Assembly: GCA_963700285.1 (NCBI GenBank)
Contig: CAVOXA010000010.1
Span: 96,001 to 160,000 of the forward strand
Direction of reading: 5' to 3'
Origin: an uncultured Chloroflexia bacterium
GTDB taxonomy: Bacteria; Chloroflexota; Anaerolineae; JAAYZQ01
DNA: 64,000 nt
The translations under genes and the position numbers were made by a program. Below are positions 47,089 through 59,796 of the stretch, piece after piece (the first letter of the stretch is position 1; each line of letters opens with the position of its first letter). Under the pieces are notes generated by a model that was given only the letters and a program-made list of their open reading frames with translations, was not told the DNA's origin and ran no database searches.

Positions 47089-47943
47089 ATGGCTCGAAAC
47101 TTACGGATCGCATTGGCCCAAGTCGCCGTCGCGCCTGAGCGCGACGACAATGTGGTCAGGGCATTGCGCATGATGGCCGACGCAGCATCGGCCGGGGCGC
47201 AGCTCATTGTCTTCCCCGAGATGAGCGTCGACCCCTTTTTCCCCCAGTACCGCGCCCAACAGCGCTTCTTTGATTGGGGCGTGCCGGTGCCGGGCCCGTT
47301 CACCGGCCGGTTCCAGGAGCAAGCGGCCAAACTCGGCCTGGCGACCGTGATCAACCTTTTTGAGCGAGCGGCGCCGGGGCGCTACTATGACTGCTCGCCC
47401 GTTTTTGACGCCGATGGCAACTATGTGGGCAAGCAGCGCATGAGTCACATCCTGGAGGGGCCCGGCTACAACGAGCGCTATTACTACTGGCCGGGCAACA
47501 GCGGCTACCCGGTTTTCGACGTGGGGTCGGCCAGCACGGGGCCGCTGCGCCTTGGCGTGGCCATCTGTTACGACCGGCACTTTCCCGAGGGCATGCGGGC
47601 CCTGTGCCTGGGCGGCGCCGAACTCATCGTCGTGCCCACCGCCACGGCCAGCCTGGAGGCCGAGTACCGTGCCGTATGGGAGATTGAGATGCAGGCGGCG
47701 GCCGTTGCCAACGGGCTGTTCATCGCCGTGGCCAATCGCGCCGGCGTCGACGACACGCTGAGTTTCTTTGGCGGGAGTTTCGCCGTCGACCCCTTTGGCC
47801 GGGTTCTGGCCCGCGCGCCCGAGAACGACGTGTCCCTGCTTCTGGTGGACCTGGATCTCGACCTCGTCGAGCAGGCCCGCCGCGACATGCCCTTCCTGCG
47901 AGACCGCCGCCCAGAGACCTATGGTCCTCTCATTGAGCATTAG
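47089..47943 (+). CDS. Carbon-nitrogen hydrolase (N-carbamoylputrescine amidase/ureidopropionase-like)
   Basis: VFPE, SHI.EGPGY.E..Y, ICYDRHFPE, NRAG, FLRDRRPE. Confidence 0.93.
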   Translation: MARNLRIALAQVAVAPERDDNVVRALRMMADAASAGAQLIVFPEMSVDPFFPQYRAQQRFFDWGVPVPGPFTGRFQEQAAKLGLATVINLFERAAPGRYYDCSPVFDADGNYVGKQRMSHILEGPGYNERYYYWPGNSGYPVFDVGSASTGPLRLGVAICYDRHFPEGMRALCLGGAELIVVPTATASLEAEYRAVWEIEMQAAAVANGLFIAVANRAGVDDTLSFFGGSFAVDPFGRVLARAPENDVSLLLVDLDLDLVEQARRDMPFLRDRRPETYGPLIEH

Positions 47944-48037
47944 GATGAGCCAAACCGATTGACGAAAGACCGATGGAACCCTGCAGCCTGTCCTTCTTCC
48001 TTGGTCCTTCATCTCAAGATCACAAGGAGCAAACACA

Positions 48038-48523
48038 ATGTCAGAAAAGACCCTTCAAGCCCGCACCGGCCTCTATTTTGAGGAATTCGAGGTAGGCCAA
48101 TCAATCATCAGCCCCGGGCGGACCATCACCGAGGCGGACGTGGTCGGCTTTGCCGCCATGAGCGGCGACTGGAACGCCATGCATACCGACGCCGAGTACG
48201 CCGCCGACCACCCCTTCGGCCAGCGGGTGGCCCACGGGCTGCTCGTGCTGTCCGTCGCCAGCGGCCTGGCCATGCGCCTGGGCATCCTGGAAGAGACGGC
48301 CCTCGCCTTTCGCGAGATCGACTCCTGGAAGTTCAGCCTGCCCGTATTCTTTGGCGACACCGTCCGCGTGCGAGCAACCGTCACCGAAACCAAAAAGATG
48401 CGCCGCATCGGTGGCGGGCTGGTGACCCTAAAGGTAGAGATTCTGAATCAGGAAGACAAGATCGTCCAGCGGGGTTCCTGGGGGGTATTGGTCATAGGCC
48501 GCGAGGCTTTGGCATCAGACTGA
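48038..48523 (+). CDS. MaoC-family dehydratase
   Basis: GLYFEEF, RTITEAD, SGDWNAMH, VAHG, PVFFGDT. Confidence 0.94.
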   Translation: MSEKTLQARTGLYFEEFEVGQSIISPGRTITEADVVGFAAMSGDWNAMHTDAEYAADHPFGQRVAHGLLVLSVASGLAMRLGILEETALAFREIDSWKFSLPVFFGDTVRVRATVTETKKMRRIGGGLVTLKVEILNQEDKIVQRGSWGVLVIGREALASD

Positions 48524-48595
48524 TTACGGCAAGTCCATTTCTGTCAGAATGGACTCAATCTCATCCAAGAACTCGGACAGACGTTCATGAGGCAT
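48524..48595 (-). pseudogene. 23-codon remnant of a putative toxin partner gene
   Basis: MPHERLSEFLDEIESILTEMDLP*; start overlaps the end of the upstream antitoxin-like gene. Confidence 0.35.
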
Positions 48596-48896
48596 TTCTG
48601 AGATGCTCAAGACGTTCGACCTCCTCCGCCATGTCCTCAATGCCAGTCACGGACATTTCCCAGTCAAAGTAGTCTTGTTCCATCTCGAAGGCTGGTTCAG
48701 AGCCCAGGATCCTCTGTTGGAAAGTCACAAAGTCCTGGTTATGCTTGGCCTCAAACTGGCGTGACATTGTTCGATACTTGATCAGATTCTTGCGCGCTCG
48801 TTCGAGCAAAAGCTCTGCCAATGCTTCTTCCGGATCCAAGTCAGGAAACAAGCGCTGGACGCTGACTTGCAGTGTTACAGAATCAATACTCATCAT
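48585..48896 (-). CDS. Small helical antitoxin-like protein
   Basis: FEAKH..DF..F...FEMEQDYFDWE motif, recalled from small toxin-antitoxin-associated proteins; lower GC. Confidence 0.6.
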   Translation of the reverse strand: MMSIDSVTLQVSVQRLFPDLDPEEALAELLLERARKNLIKYRTMSRQFEAKHNQDFVTFQQRILGSEPAFEMEQDYFDWEMSVTGIEDMAEEVERLEHLRNAS

Positions 48897-49056
48897 GAAC
48901 TCCACTGACAGTATGTCTGGGCACCATACAGACACCAGGCGCGGACTCGAAAGCCAAGCATATTATGCGCTGGAAAGCAGTTGCTGTCAATCGTCCGGGG
49001 TAGTCCAAAAACACTTATACCCAGGCTCGTATGGACTCTGGCTCCTCTGCCAGGCA

Positions 49057-49941
49057 TCACATGCCGTCAATCAGTCCGAGTACTTTGCGCGCCCGGGCGA
49101 CGACCGGGGCATCGATCATCTGTCCATCCAGGGCGATGACTCCCTCTCCCCTGGTCTCGGCCGCTTCAAAGGCCTCCAGCACGCGCCGGGCATGGGCAAC
49201 CTCCTCCTCGCTGGGAGCAAAGGCCTGGTGCACCGGCTCGATCTGGGCGGGGTGGATGAGCAGCTTGCCGCTGTAGCCCAGTTGCCGCGCCTGGCGGGCC
49301 TCAGCCAGCAGGCCCTCCGGGTCGGTGAGGTCCGTATAGACGGTATCGATGGCCGCGGCGCCTGCAGCCCGGGCAGCAAGCACCAGGTGAGCCCAGGCGT
49401 AGGCGATCTCGGCGCCATCTCTGGTACGCACGGCCCCCAGGTCCCAGGCCAGGTCTTCCCCACCCAGGCACAGAGCCCGCACCCGGCGGCCGCCATGCTC
49501 CGCCCCGGCCACAGCCATCCCGTAGGCATTGAGCACCCCCAACGCGGTTTCGACCATCAGCAGGATCCCCACCGCCCCAACCGGCAGGCCACGCGCCTGC
49601 TCCAACGCGGCCAGCATCGAGCCCAGCAGGTCCACGTCGGCGGGCGTGTCCGCCTTGGGCAGGCAGACAGCGTCTACCCCCAGGGCAAAGGCTCCCTCCA
49701 GATCGGCCTCGACCAGCCCCGTGGAGAGCGCATTGACCCGCAGGATCACCCGCGGGCCGTAGGGTCCAGATTCCAGGGCCCGCCGCACCATGGCTCGCGC
49801 CGCCGCCTTCTCGCCAGGGGGTACCGCATCCTCCAGGTCAAGGATGACGGCATCGGCCGGCAGCGTCCGCGCCTTCTCCAACATGCGGGGTTTGTTGCCT
49901 GGTACAAATAGGACGCTGCGCAGCGGCTTTGACAGATTCAC
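49057..49941 (-). CDS. CitE-like CoA ester lyase (HpcH/HpaI family)
   Basis: LRSVLFVPG, ILDLEDAV, RVN, LPK, MVET, GKLLIHPAQI, DGQMIDAP; start GTG 49941 or 49965. Confidence 0.94.
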   Translation of the reverse strand: MNLSKPLRSVLFVPGNKPRMLEKARTLPADAVILDLEDAVPPGEKAAARAMVRRALESGPYGPRVILRVNALSTGLVEADLEGAFALGVDAVCLPKADTPADVDLLGSMLAALEQARGLPVGAVGILLMVETALGVLNAYGMAVAGAEHGGRRVRALCLGGEDLAWDLGAVRTRDGAEIAYAWAHLVLAARAAGAAAIDTVYTDLTDPEGLLAEARQARQLGYSGKLLIHPAQIEPVHQAFAPSEEEVAHARRVLEAFEAAETRGEGVIALDGQMIDAPVVARARKVLGLIDGM

Positions 49942-49981
49942 GATTGGAAAATCTCTCGATCCCACCGAATGGCCTTATCCT

Positions 49982-52308
<2,327 letters not shown>

Positions 52309-52405
52309 CCTAGTACTGGACCTCCTCGTCGGTCGTTTGCGCGCCGCCTGGGCGCACCGCGCGCGGCGGAAGGGGAGTATCTTGGCCTGGTTTTGGCCAG
52401 TAAGT

Positions 52406-52639
52406 TCAGTCTCGGGCAGCGCTCGGATCGACCAGCCATCCTGCGGCCTCGTGGTAGAGCAGCTCAAAGCGCTGGCCTGTCTCCGTCCGGACGCAAAAGG
52501 CCGGGCCATCCGGCGTCCGCCAGCGGCTCTCGATACGAGTCACCGGATAGCGCTGCCCCTGCCACAGCACGGCCCTCGGTTCCTGGGCATAGGTATGGCC
52601 GGAATAGCATTCGACCCGAGCGGCTTCCTGGTCAGCCAC
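52406..52639 (-). CDS. Small hypothetical protein (DUF6504-like)
   Basis: VECYSG.....P....WQG.RY.V......WRTP. Confidence 0.7.
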   Translation of the reverse strand: MADQEAARVECYSGHTYAQEPRAVLWQGQRYPVTRIESRWRTPDGPAFCVRTETGQRFELLYHEAAGWLVDPSAARD

Positions 52640-53640
52640 GGCCCTGGGCAAAGTCCAGCCGGGCCGAATCGCCCACGTTCAGCACCCGGTAGCGGCCTCG
52701 CACCACGGCATCTTTGCCGATCAGGGAACGATCCAGCATCGTGTCGTCGATATAGGCTCCCTCGTCGATGATCGAGTCGCGGACGATGGAGCGCAGGACC
52801 ACGGCTGTTCTCGGCAATCGTGACGTAGGGGCCAACGATCGAATGCTCCACCCGGGCTGAGGGGGCAATATACACCGGCGGGATGATCACCGAGTCCGGT
52901 GACGCAACCTCGCCGCCATTGTCCCGGCCGTGCTCCAGGAGATAGCGGTTGGTCTTGAGCACATCCTGGGGCGTGCCGCAGTCCTCCCACACCGACACCT
53001 CTCGCACGCCAAAGCTCGCGCCCTGCTCGATCATTACCGTGAAAGCATCGGCCAGGTAGAATTCGCCCTTGGTCTGCATGTCGCGCTCCATCAGCTCTTC
53101 GATGGCCCGCAGTCAGCCAGGCTCCATCGCGGATATAATAGACGCCGACAATGGCCAGTCGGTTCTCAAAGGTATCGGGCTTTTCCACCAGGCCTGACAC
53201 CAGCCCGTCATCCCCGAGCACAGTCACCCCAAAACGGCGGGGATCCTCCACCTCCTTGACGTAGAGCATGCCATCCAGCCCTGAAGTCTCCAACCCGCTC
53301 AGATCCGCCTCAAAGATGTGTCCACAAAGATGATCAGCACGGGCCCGTCCAGGTACTCTCGGGCCAGCCAGATGGCATGGGCTTGGCCCAGGAGTTCTTT
53401 CTGTTCCACGTAGCGGGCCGGATAGGGATAATCGCTGGCCTCATAGTACTCCTGGATCTGCTCGCCGAGCCAGCCGACGATAAAGATCAGCTCGTCGACC
53501 TCTACGTCCAGGTCAGCCAGCTTGTCCAGGATGTGGCCCAGCACCGGCTTGCCGGCCACGTTGACCAGCGGCTTGGGTTTGGACCAGGTGTGGGGCCGCA
53601 TCCGCTTGCCGAACCCCGCCAGGGGAATGATGACTTTCAT
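52632..53640 (-). CDS. Sugar-phosphate nucleotidyltransferase with LbH C-terminus, frameshifted
   Basis: IIPLAGFGKRMRPHT..KPKPL, LGQAHA, DPRRFGV, VEKP, GEFYL, WEDCG, hexapeptide tail. Confidence 0.92.
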
Positions 53641-53671
53641 GTTTTCCTGTATCTCCTGTGATGATTGCCAA

Positions 53672-55139
<1,468 letters not shown>

Positions 55140-55143
<4 letters not shown>

Positions 55144-55437
55144 CCGTCCGCCTCCAGCACCACCGGCACCCGGAAGCAGTCCTCCTCCACGCTCGGGGCG
55201 TTGGCCAGCACGTCGGCCAGCGGCAGCGAGGGCTGCGACCTCGTCATCGCGCATGACGTTTTCCAGGGGCAGAACGGTGGCCGTGGGGGGAATGGCCGCG
55301 GTATCCAGTTGCTGCAGGCGCTCGGCATAGGCCAGGATAGAGGACAGCTGCTCGCGAAACAGTTCTTTCTCCTGGTCGCTCAAAGCCAACTGGGCCAGTT
55401 GGGCCACGTGTTCCACTGCTTCAGAGCTCAGTTTCAC
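55140..55437 (-). CDS. gatC: Asp/Glu-tRNA amidotransferase subunit C, frameshifted
   Basis: VEHVAQLAQL, QLSSIL, NVMRDD, LANAP....FRVP. Confidence 0.93.
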
Positions 55438-55680
55438 GGCAGAGATCGCCTCCCCGAGGATCTAGGGCTTTTTGGACAAAGCCTGGCGCCGCTATTATAG
55501 CACCTATTCAGGCAAACAGAAAACAGCCGCTGGCCCAGGGCAGGCAACTCGCACTGGGTACTGGCAGACAAGGCGTAACAGACGGTTGGGGCGCCGCACG
55601 GCGTCGACGAGGATGCACCAGAGGGTCCGAATGCCGGTACTTGTGGGGTTTCCACGTGGGTTTCGACCGAGTACTGGGGA

Positions 55681-56139
55681 TCAGGTACTTACCACCAAGA
55701 CCGCACCTGCTGCCTCCGGGTCAAAGGTGACCGACCATCTCGTGTACTCGTCATAGCGCGCGCCCTGCAGATCGGCCCCATTCAGATCGGCATGGTACAA
55801 GTTGGCCCCCACGAGGTGGGCATCGCCCAAGTCGGCCTCGCTCAGGTCGGCCTGGCTCAGGTTGGCCTCAGCCAGATTCGCCCCCCTTAAAGTAGCCCCT
55901 TTCAGGCAGGCATTGGACAGTTCGGCCTCCTCCAGCGTGGCCGCTGACAGATCCACCCCTGACAGATCCCCGCCTGCCACGTTGGTCTTGGTCAGGTCCG
56001 CCCCGCTCAGATCCGCGCCACTCAGGTCAGCCCTGTACAGCCCCAGATCTGACAGGTCGCGCTCCTGCAGATCCAGCCGTTCTCCCCGCTCCCGGGCCCG
56101 CTTGGCCAGTTCCAGAACATCCGCTACCAGTAGTTTCAC
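55681..56139 (-). CDS. Pentapeptide-repeat protein
   Basis: ADLSG/ANLAE repeats; C-terminal W...FDPEAAGA; AGGAGG RBS. Confidence 0.93.
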   Translation of the reverse strand: MKLLVADVLELAKRARERGERLDLQERDLSDLGLYRADLSGADLSGADLTKTNVAGGDLSGVDLSAATLEEAELSNACLKGATLRGANLAEANLSQADLSEADLGDAHLVGANLYHADLNGADLQGARYDEYTRWSVTFDPEAAGAVLVVST

Positions 56140-56473
56140 CGTGGCTTATACCTCCTGTTGCTCGGCCTCCCGCAGGTTGGCGAACCGGCCGGTACCACCC
56201 AATCGACGCAAAAAAACTACGAGCAGCGACACTCACGCCCTCGTGTCCTCAGCCTTCGCGCCCAGCGACCAGCTTCCACCGCCAGCGTCTAAAGAGCCTG
56301 GCCCATCCTGCGGAAGGCGCCCACGGTCAAGTCCACGGCAATGGCGTTGGCCGGGGCAAGGTCAGGGCTCAGGGACATGGCGCCCACAATCAAACTGAGG
56401 ATGCTCGCTTCTCAGGGGTACGAACCGGTGCTCCGTGTCACCTGCCTGATGCGCCGCCAAAATACGCCGATTA

Positions 56474-56510
56474 GCCGTCTGGGCTTGCCGAGTCCGCAAG
56501 CCCAGACGGC
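56474..56510. terminator. 15-bp perfect hairpin
   Basis: GCCGTCTGGGCTTGC-7 nt-GCAAGCCCAGACGGC downstream of the SHOCT gene. Confidence 0.55.
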
Positions 56511-56587
56511 GTCAATGGCGCTGGATTGTGATCCACGGTGAGCAGGCTATGACTTGCTCTGGCTTCGTGCAGCCAAGAGATCCGCTG

Positions 56588-57049
56588 CTATCCCTCAAGC
56601 TCCTGCTTCTTGGCCAGATACTCCTCGGGGGTGATGATCCCCTTGTCCCGCTGATCCTCGAGCTTTACCAGCTCTGCCTCGGTCTCCGAAGCGGACAGTT
56701 GGCTGGCCTCGGATGGGTGGACGCCAGTGGAGGCCCGCATAGCGGCCTCGGCGCCTGCCGGGTAACCCGGTACCTCTTTGCGCTTGTTGACAATCTGGCC
56801 CCACTTCATGATGTCAAGCACGACGCCCAGGAAAACCCACATCCAGTCCCAGCCGGCCACCCCGAGCCCGGGACTCCAGGCCAGGACGTACATGATCGTC
56901 GTGTAGGGCAAAAAGATGAGACCGAGCAGCGGCACGATGAACGTGTCAAAGGCGGCGTTCACCCGATCGCCAACGATCCACATGAAAGCCAATACCAGCC
57001 GCGGCGCGAACGCCGCACCCATCGCCAAGAGACAACCACAACCTAGCAT
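56588..57049 (-). CDS. Membrane protein with C-terminal SHOCT domain
   Basis: PRL..., PLLGLIFLPYTT; LVKL...RDKGIITPEEY.AKK; AAGGAGGAGG RBS. Confidence 0.85.
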   Translation of the reverse strand: MLGCGCLLAMGAAFAPRLVLAFMWIVGDRVNAAFDTFIVPLLGLIFLPYTTIMYVLAWSPGLGVAGWDWMWVFLGVVLDIMKWGQIVNKRKEVPGYPAGAEAAMRASTGVHPSEASQLSASETEAELVKLEDQRDKGIITPEEYLAKKQELEG

Positions 57050-57300
57050 AATGAAACCTCCTCCTTGATTATTTGTCAGTTGTTGGAGTTGCAGCGCCAA
57101 CAGCTGAGATCACCACCGCAGTCTGATTACCCTGCGTGTCAGGCAATTTCTATTCCATCAGGGGTACAATGATTCTCATCTGACTCTCGTCGTGCTCAAC
57201 TGACCGGATACACTGGGCCTGGGCGGCCCCAAGGTCGAGCAGACCAAATGGTATGGGGGATTATAGCATATGAGCGGCAGGTACACAAGCCATCCAGGTG

Positions 57301-57420
57301 GAGATTGCTTTCCTGTCGCTGCGCTCAGGACAGGCTCTCGCTACACTCGTCGCAATGACACAGTGGCGGTATCATTCCGGATAGAGTAGCGACCTGTGCC
57401 ATGGAACTCTCGCAATGACA
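57301..57420. repeat. Degenerate REP/MITE-like intergenic element
   Basis: GAGATTGCTT...TCGCAATGACA with nested CTGCGCTCAGGACAGGC; second TCGCAATGACA ending at 57420. Confidence 0.55.
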
Positions 57421-57489
57421 GATCTGACTGGCAGTGCATGTCAAGGGAGAATGCGACAGCCCTGGCAGCTCATGGAGCTCGCCTGCTCG

Positions 57490-58707
57490 CTAACCTGATC
57501 TGACGAGTACTACGGCAACCGCCGTCACCACGATCAGCAGCGCGGCCGGTACCATGCGCCGGTAGATACCGCCCCAGGTGGCCCGAAAGTAGACCCGGGT
57601 CAGCGCCAAGCAGAGGTGAACGGGGGACAGCAGCAGGCCCACGTAGCCGCCGGCGTAGGCCAGCAGGCCACAACCGCTGGCCACCACGTCGGGTCCGCAC
57701 AGGGGCAGGACAATGGGAAAGCCGATGGCAAAGGCGGGCAGGGCCAGCCCCGTCAGCAACCCGGCCACCAGGGGAACCGTGAAGACGATTACGTAGACAG
57801 GGATGCCCAGTTCGGCAAAGCCCGCCGAGACCGCCTCCACCGCGCCGCTGCTCTCCAGGACGCGGCGAAAGACCATCGTCCCCACGATGATGGGCACCGT
57901 GCCCAGGGGCATGGCCCGCGCCAGGTCCCACAGCACGCGCGGCCCCAGGCGGTAGGCGGCGATCAGGGCAGCAATGGTCAGCACCAGCGACAGGATCAGG
58001 TCCAGGCCCAGCACAATGGACAGCCCCAACACCATGACAATGGGCCAGATGCTCTTGGCCAACAACAGGAGCGACTCCCTGCGATCGGTTCCTCCCTCAT
58101 CGGCTGCGGCCTTGGCCCGACTGATCCCGACCAGGCCAAACAGGATGCCGCCGGCCAACGTGGCCAGAAAAAGGGGCCACTGGGTCATGGTCAAGGTCTG
58201 GGGCGAGGCCCCCATCAGGCCGGCGGCCAGGACCAGCGAGGGATAGAGCGGGAAGATGGTCTCCAGGGAGTGGCGGAACCAGTAGTTGACAAAGGTTTTC
58301 CGCTCCTGGCTGAGGTTCAGGCCCTGGCTGGCTTCTTCCACCATCGGCGCGGAAAACATTGCCCCGCCTATCATCGGCAGTAAGCCGATGAGCATGGGCA
58401 AGATAGCCAGCAGCCAGCGCCGGTCCACAAAGAGGTCGCTGAGGGAGCGGATGAGTCCCTCCATTTGCAGCGTGCGGCCCAGGATCAGACCCAGGTAGGT
58501 GATCAGCAGCACGATGGCCACCAGGCGCAAGGTGAGGGGATCCACAGCCGCCCCCAGGGCATCCAGGGCCAGGTCGCTGAGAGGGCGCCCAAAGAGCAGG
58601 CCGGTCGCCAGCGAAGCCAGGAAGAGGACCAGGCCAACGTTCCAGCCGAACCGGAGCAAAAAGATGATGATGGCCAGAATGCCCACGAGCTTGACCAAGT
58701 CAAGCAT
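57490..58707 (-). CDS. DUF401-family (ion transporter superfamily) membrane protein
   Basis: PMLIGLLPMIGGAMFSAPMV, NYWFRH, LSPVHLCL.LT..YF. Confidence 0.9.
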   Translation of the reverse strand: MLDLVKLVGILAIIIFLLRFGWNVGLVLFLASLATGLLFGRPLSDLALDALGAAVDPLTLRLVAIVLLITYLGLILGRTLQMEGLIRSLSDLFVDRRWLLAILPMLIGLLPMIGGAMFSAPMVEEASQGLNLSQERKTFVNYWFRHSLETIFPLYPSLVLAAGLMGASPQTLTMTQWPLFLATLAGGILFGLVGISRAKAAADEGGTDRRESLLLLAKSIWPIVMVLGLSIVLGLDLILSLVLTIAALIAAYRLGPRVLWDLARAMPLGTVPIIVGTMVFRRVLESSGAVEAVSAGFAELGIPVYVIVFTVPLVAGLLTGLALPAFAIGFPIVLPLCGPDVVASGCGLLAYAGGYVGLLLSPVHLCLALTRVYFRATWGGIYRRMVPAALLIVVTAVAVVLVRSG

Positions 58708-59296
58708 GTGGCTGGTCGCCCATCTCGGCTATCACTCGTTCCAGATCCTGGATGGCCTCAGCCAGTTCATCGGCCAGCGGGTGCTGGCCCAACCGCTCTC
58801 GAACCAGGGCGCCAACGCTCAGGTAGTACCAGAGGGAAGGCCCTGGCCCGCGCGAGAAATGGCTCCAGAGCGAGGGTCCGTATAGACCCAGATCCCGGGC
58901 CAGGGATCTGGCGCTGTGCAGGGCATCTGCGGCCTTGACGGCCACCGCGTCAGGGCTGGCCGCACGGACCTGGGCCAGCACCTCCCGCTTTCGATCCTCC
59001 CAGGGGCGCTCCACACCAGCCTCCAGCTTTCGCTCGGTGACAGCGGCGACGAGCTCGGCGACGCTGGGGCCAAAAACAGCCTCAATGCGGGCCAGGGAAA
59101 TGTCCTGATCCTCGACGACATCATGCAGTAGCCCGGCGACAACCACCTCCTCTGCAAAACCATGGCGCAGCAGAATGGTGGACACGTGTACCGGGTGCAC
59201 GATATAGGGTACGTCCCCCGCCTTGCGATCTTGATGGCGATGGGCCTGGGCCGCCAGGGTCAGGGCAGCTTCGTAGCGTTGTGAAAAAGCCTTCAT
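58700..59296 (-). CDS. HD-domain RelA/SpoT-type small hydrolase
   Basis: AH..Q.RK...PYIVHP, GLLHDVVED, FG..VA..V..VTE, W..RK, VKAAD. Confidence 0.9.
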   Translation of the reverse strand: MKAFSQRYEAALTLAAQAHRHQDRKAGDVPYIVHPVHVSTILLRHGFAEEVVVAGLLHDVVEDQDISLARIEAVFGPSVAELVAAVTERKLEAGVERPWEDRKREVLAQVRAASPDAVAVKAADALHSARSLARDLGLYGPSLWSHFSRGPGPSLWYYLSVGALVRERLGQHPLADELAEAIQDLERVIAEMGDQPHA

Positions 59297-59544
59297 ATCG
59301 ACTCCGGCCAATGGGCAATTGAACCGGCCTGTGATGGAGCTGGCCTGCGCGCCCGTCCCGCGAGTGGGGATTATAGCACCAGCCTGGCAGATCCACAAAC
59401 AGCCACGCGCCCCAGATTGGACAGATCTAGCCTGTCATGGTTTCGTTGAAGAGGATCGGCATGATCCAACTCGTGGGCAAGGGGCCATCCGAAAAGGGAG
59501 CGGAACATGAAGACGATCCAGCGGGCCTGGGATTGGTGGGCCGT

Positions 59545-59796
59545 TCAAACCTCGAACGCCTTTTCCCCAGCCTCCACGGAAAAGGGCAACCAGGTCTCTA
59601 CCGGCGCCAGGGGGCAAACCCACTGCTCGTTGTAGGCGCAGGAGGGGTGCGACTTGAATAGATCGTTCCTCGCCGCCCGGAATGCTTCCCAGGCGCTCGC
59701 CTGCCCGGCTGGCGGCGCCTTCCGCACGGAAGCGTACATCTCGGCTACGGTCCGGCGCCAATGCGCCAGGGCAAGGGGATCGCCCGGTGTCGTCAT
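59545..59796 (-). pseudogene. DUF1684-family gene with in-frame internal deletion
   Basis: N-terminal WRR.V...Y...R..LF..HP joined directly to the C-terminal PSCAYN..W.CPLAP...L...V.AGE; only 83 aa. Confidence 0.7.
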
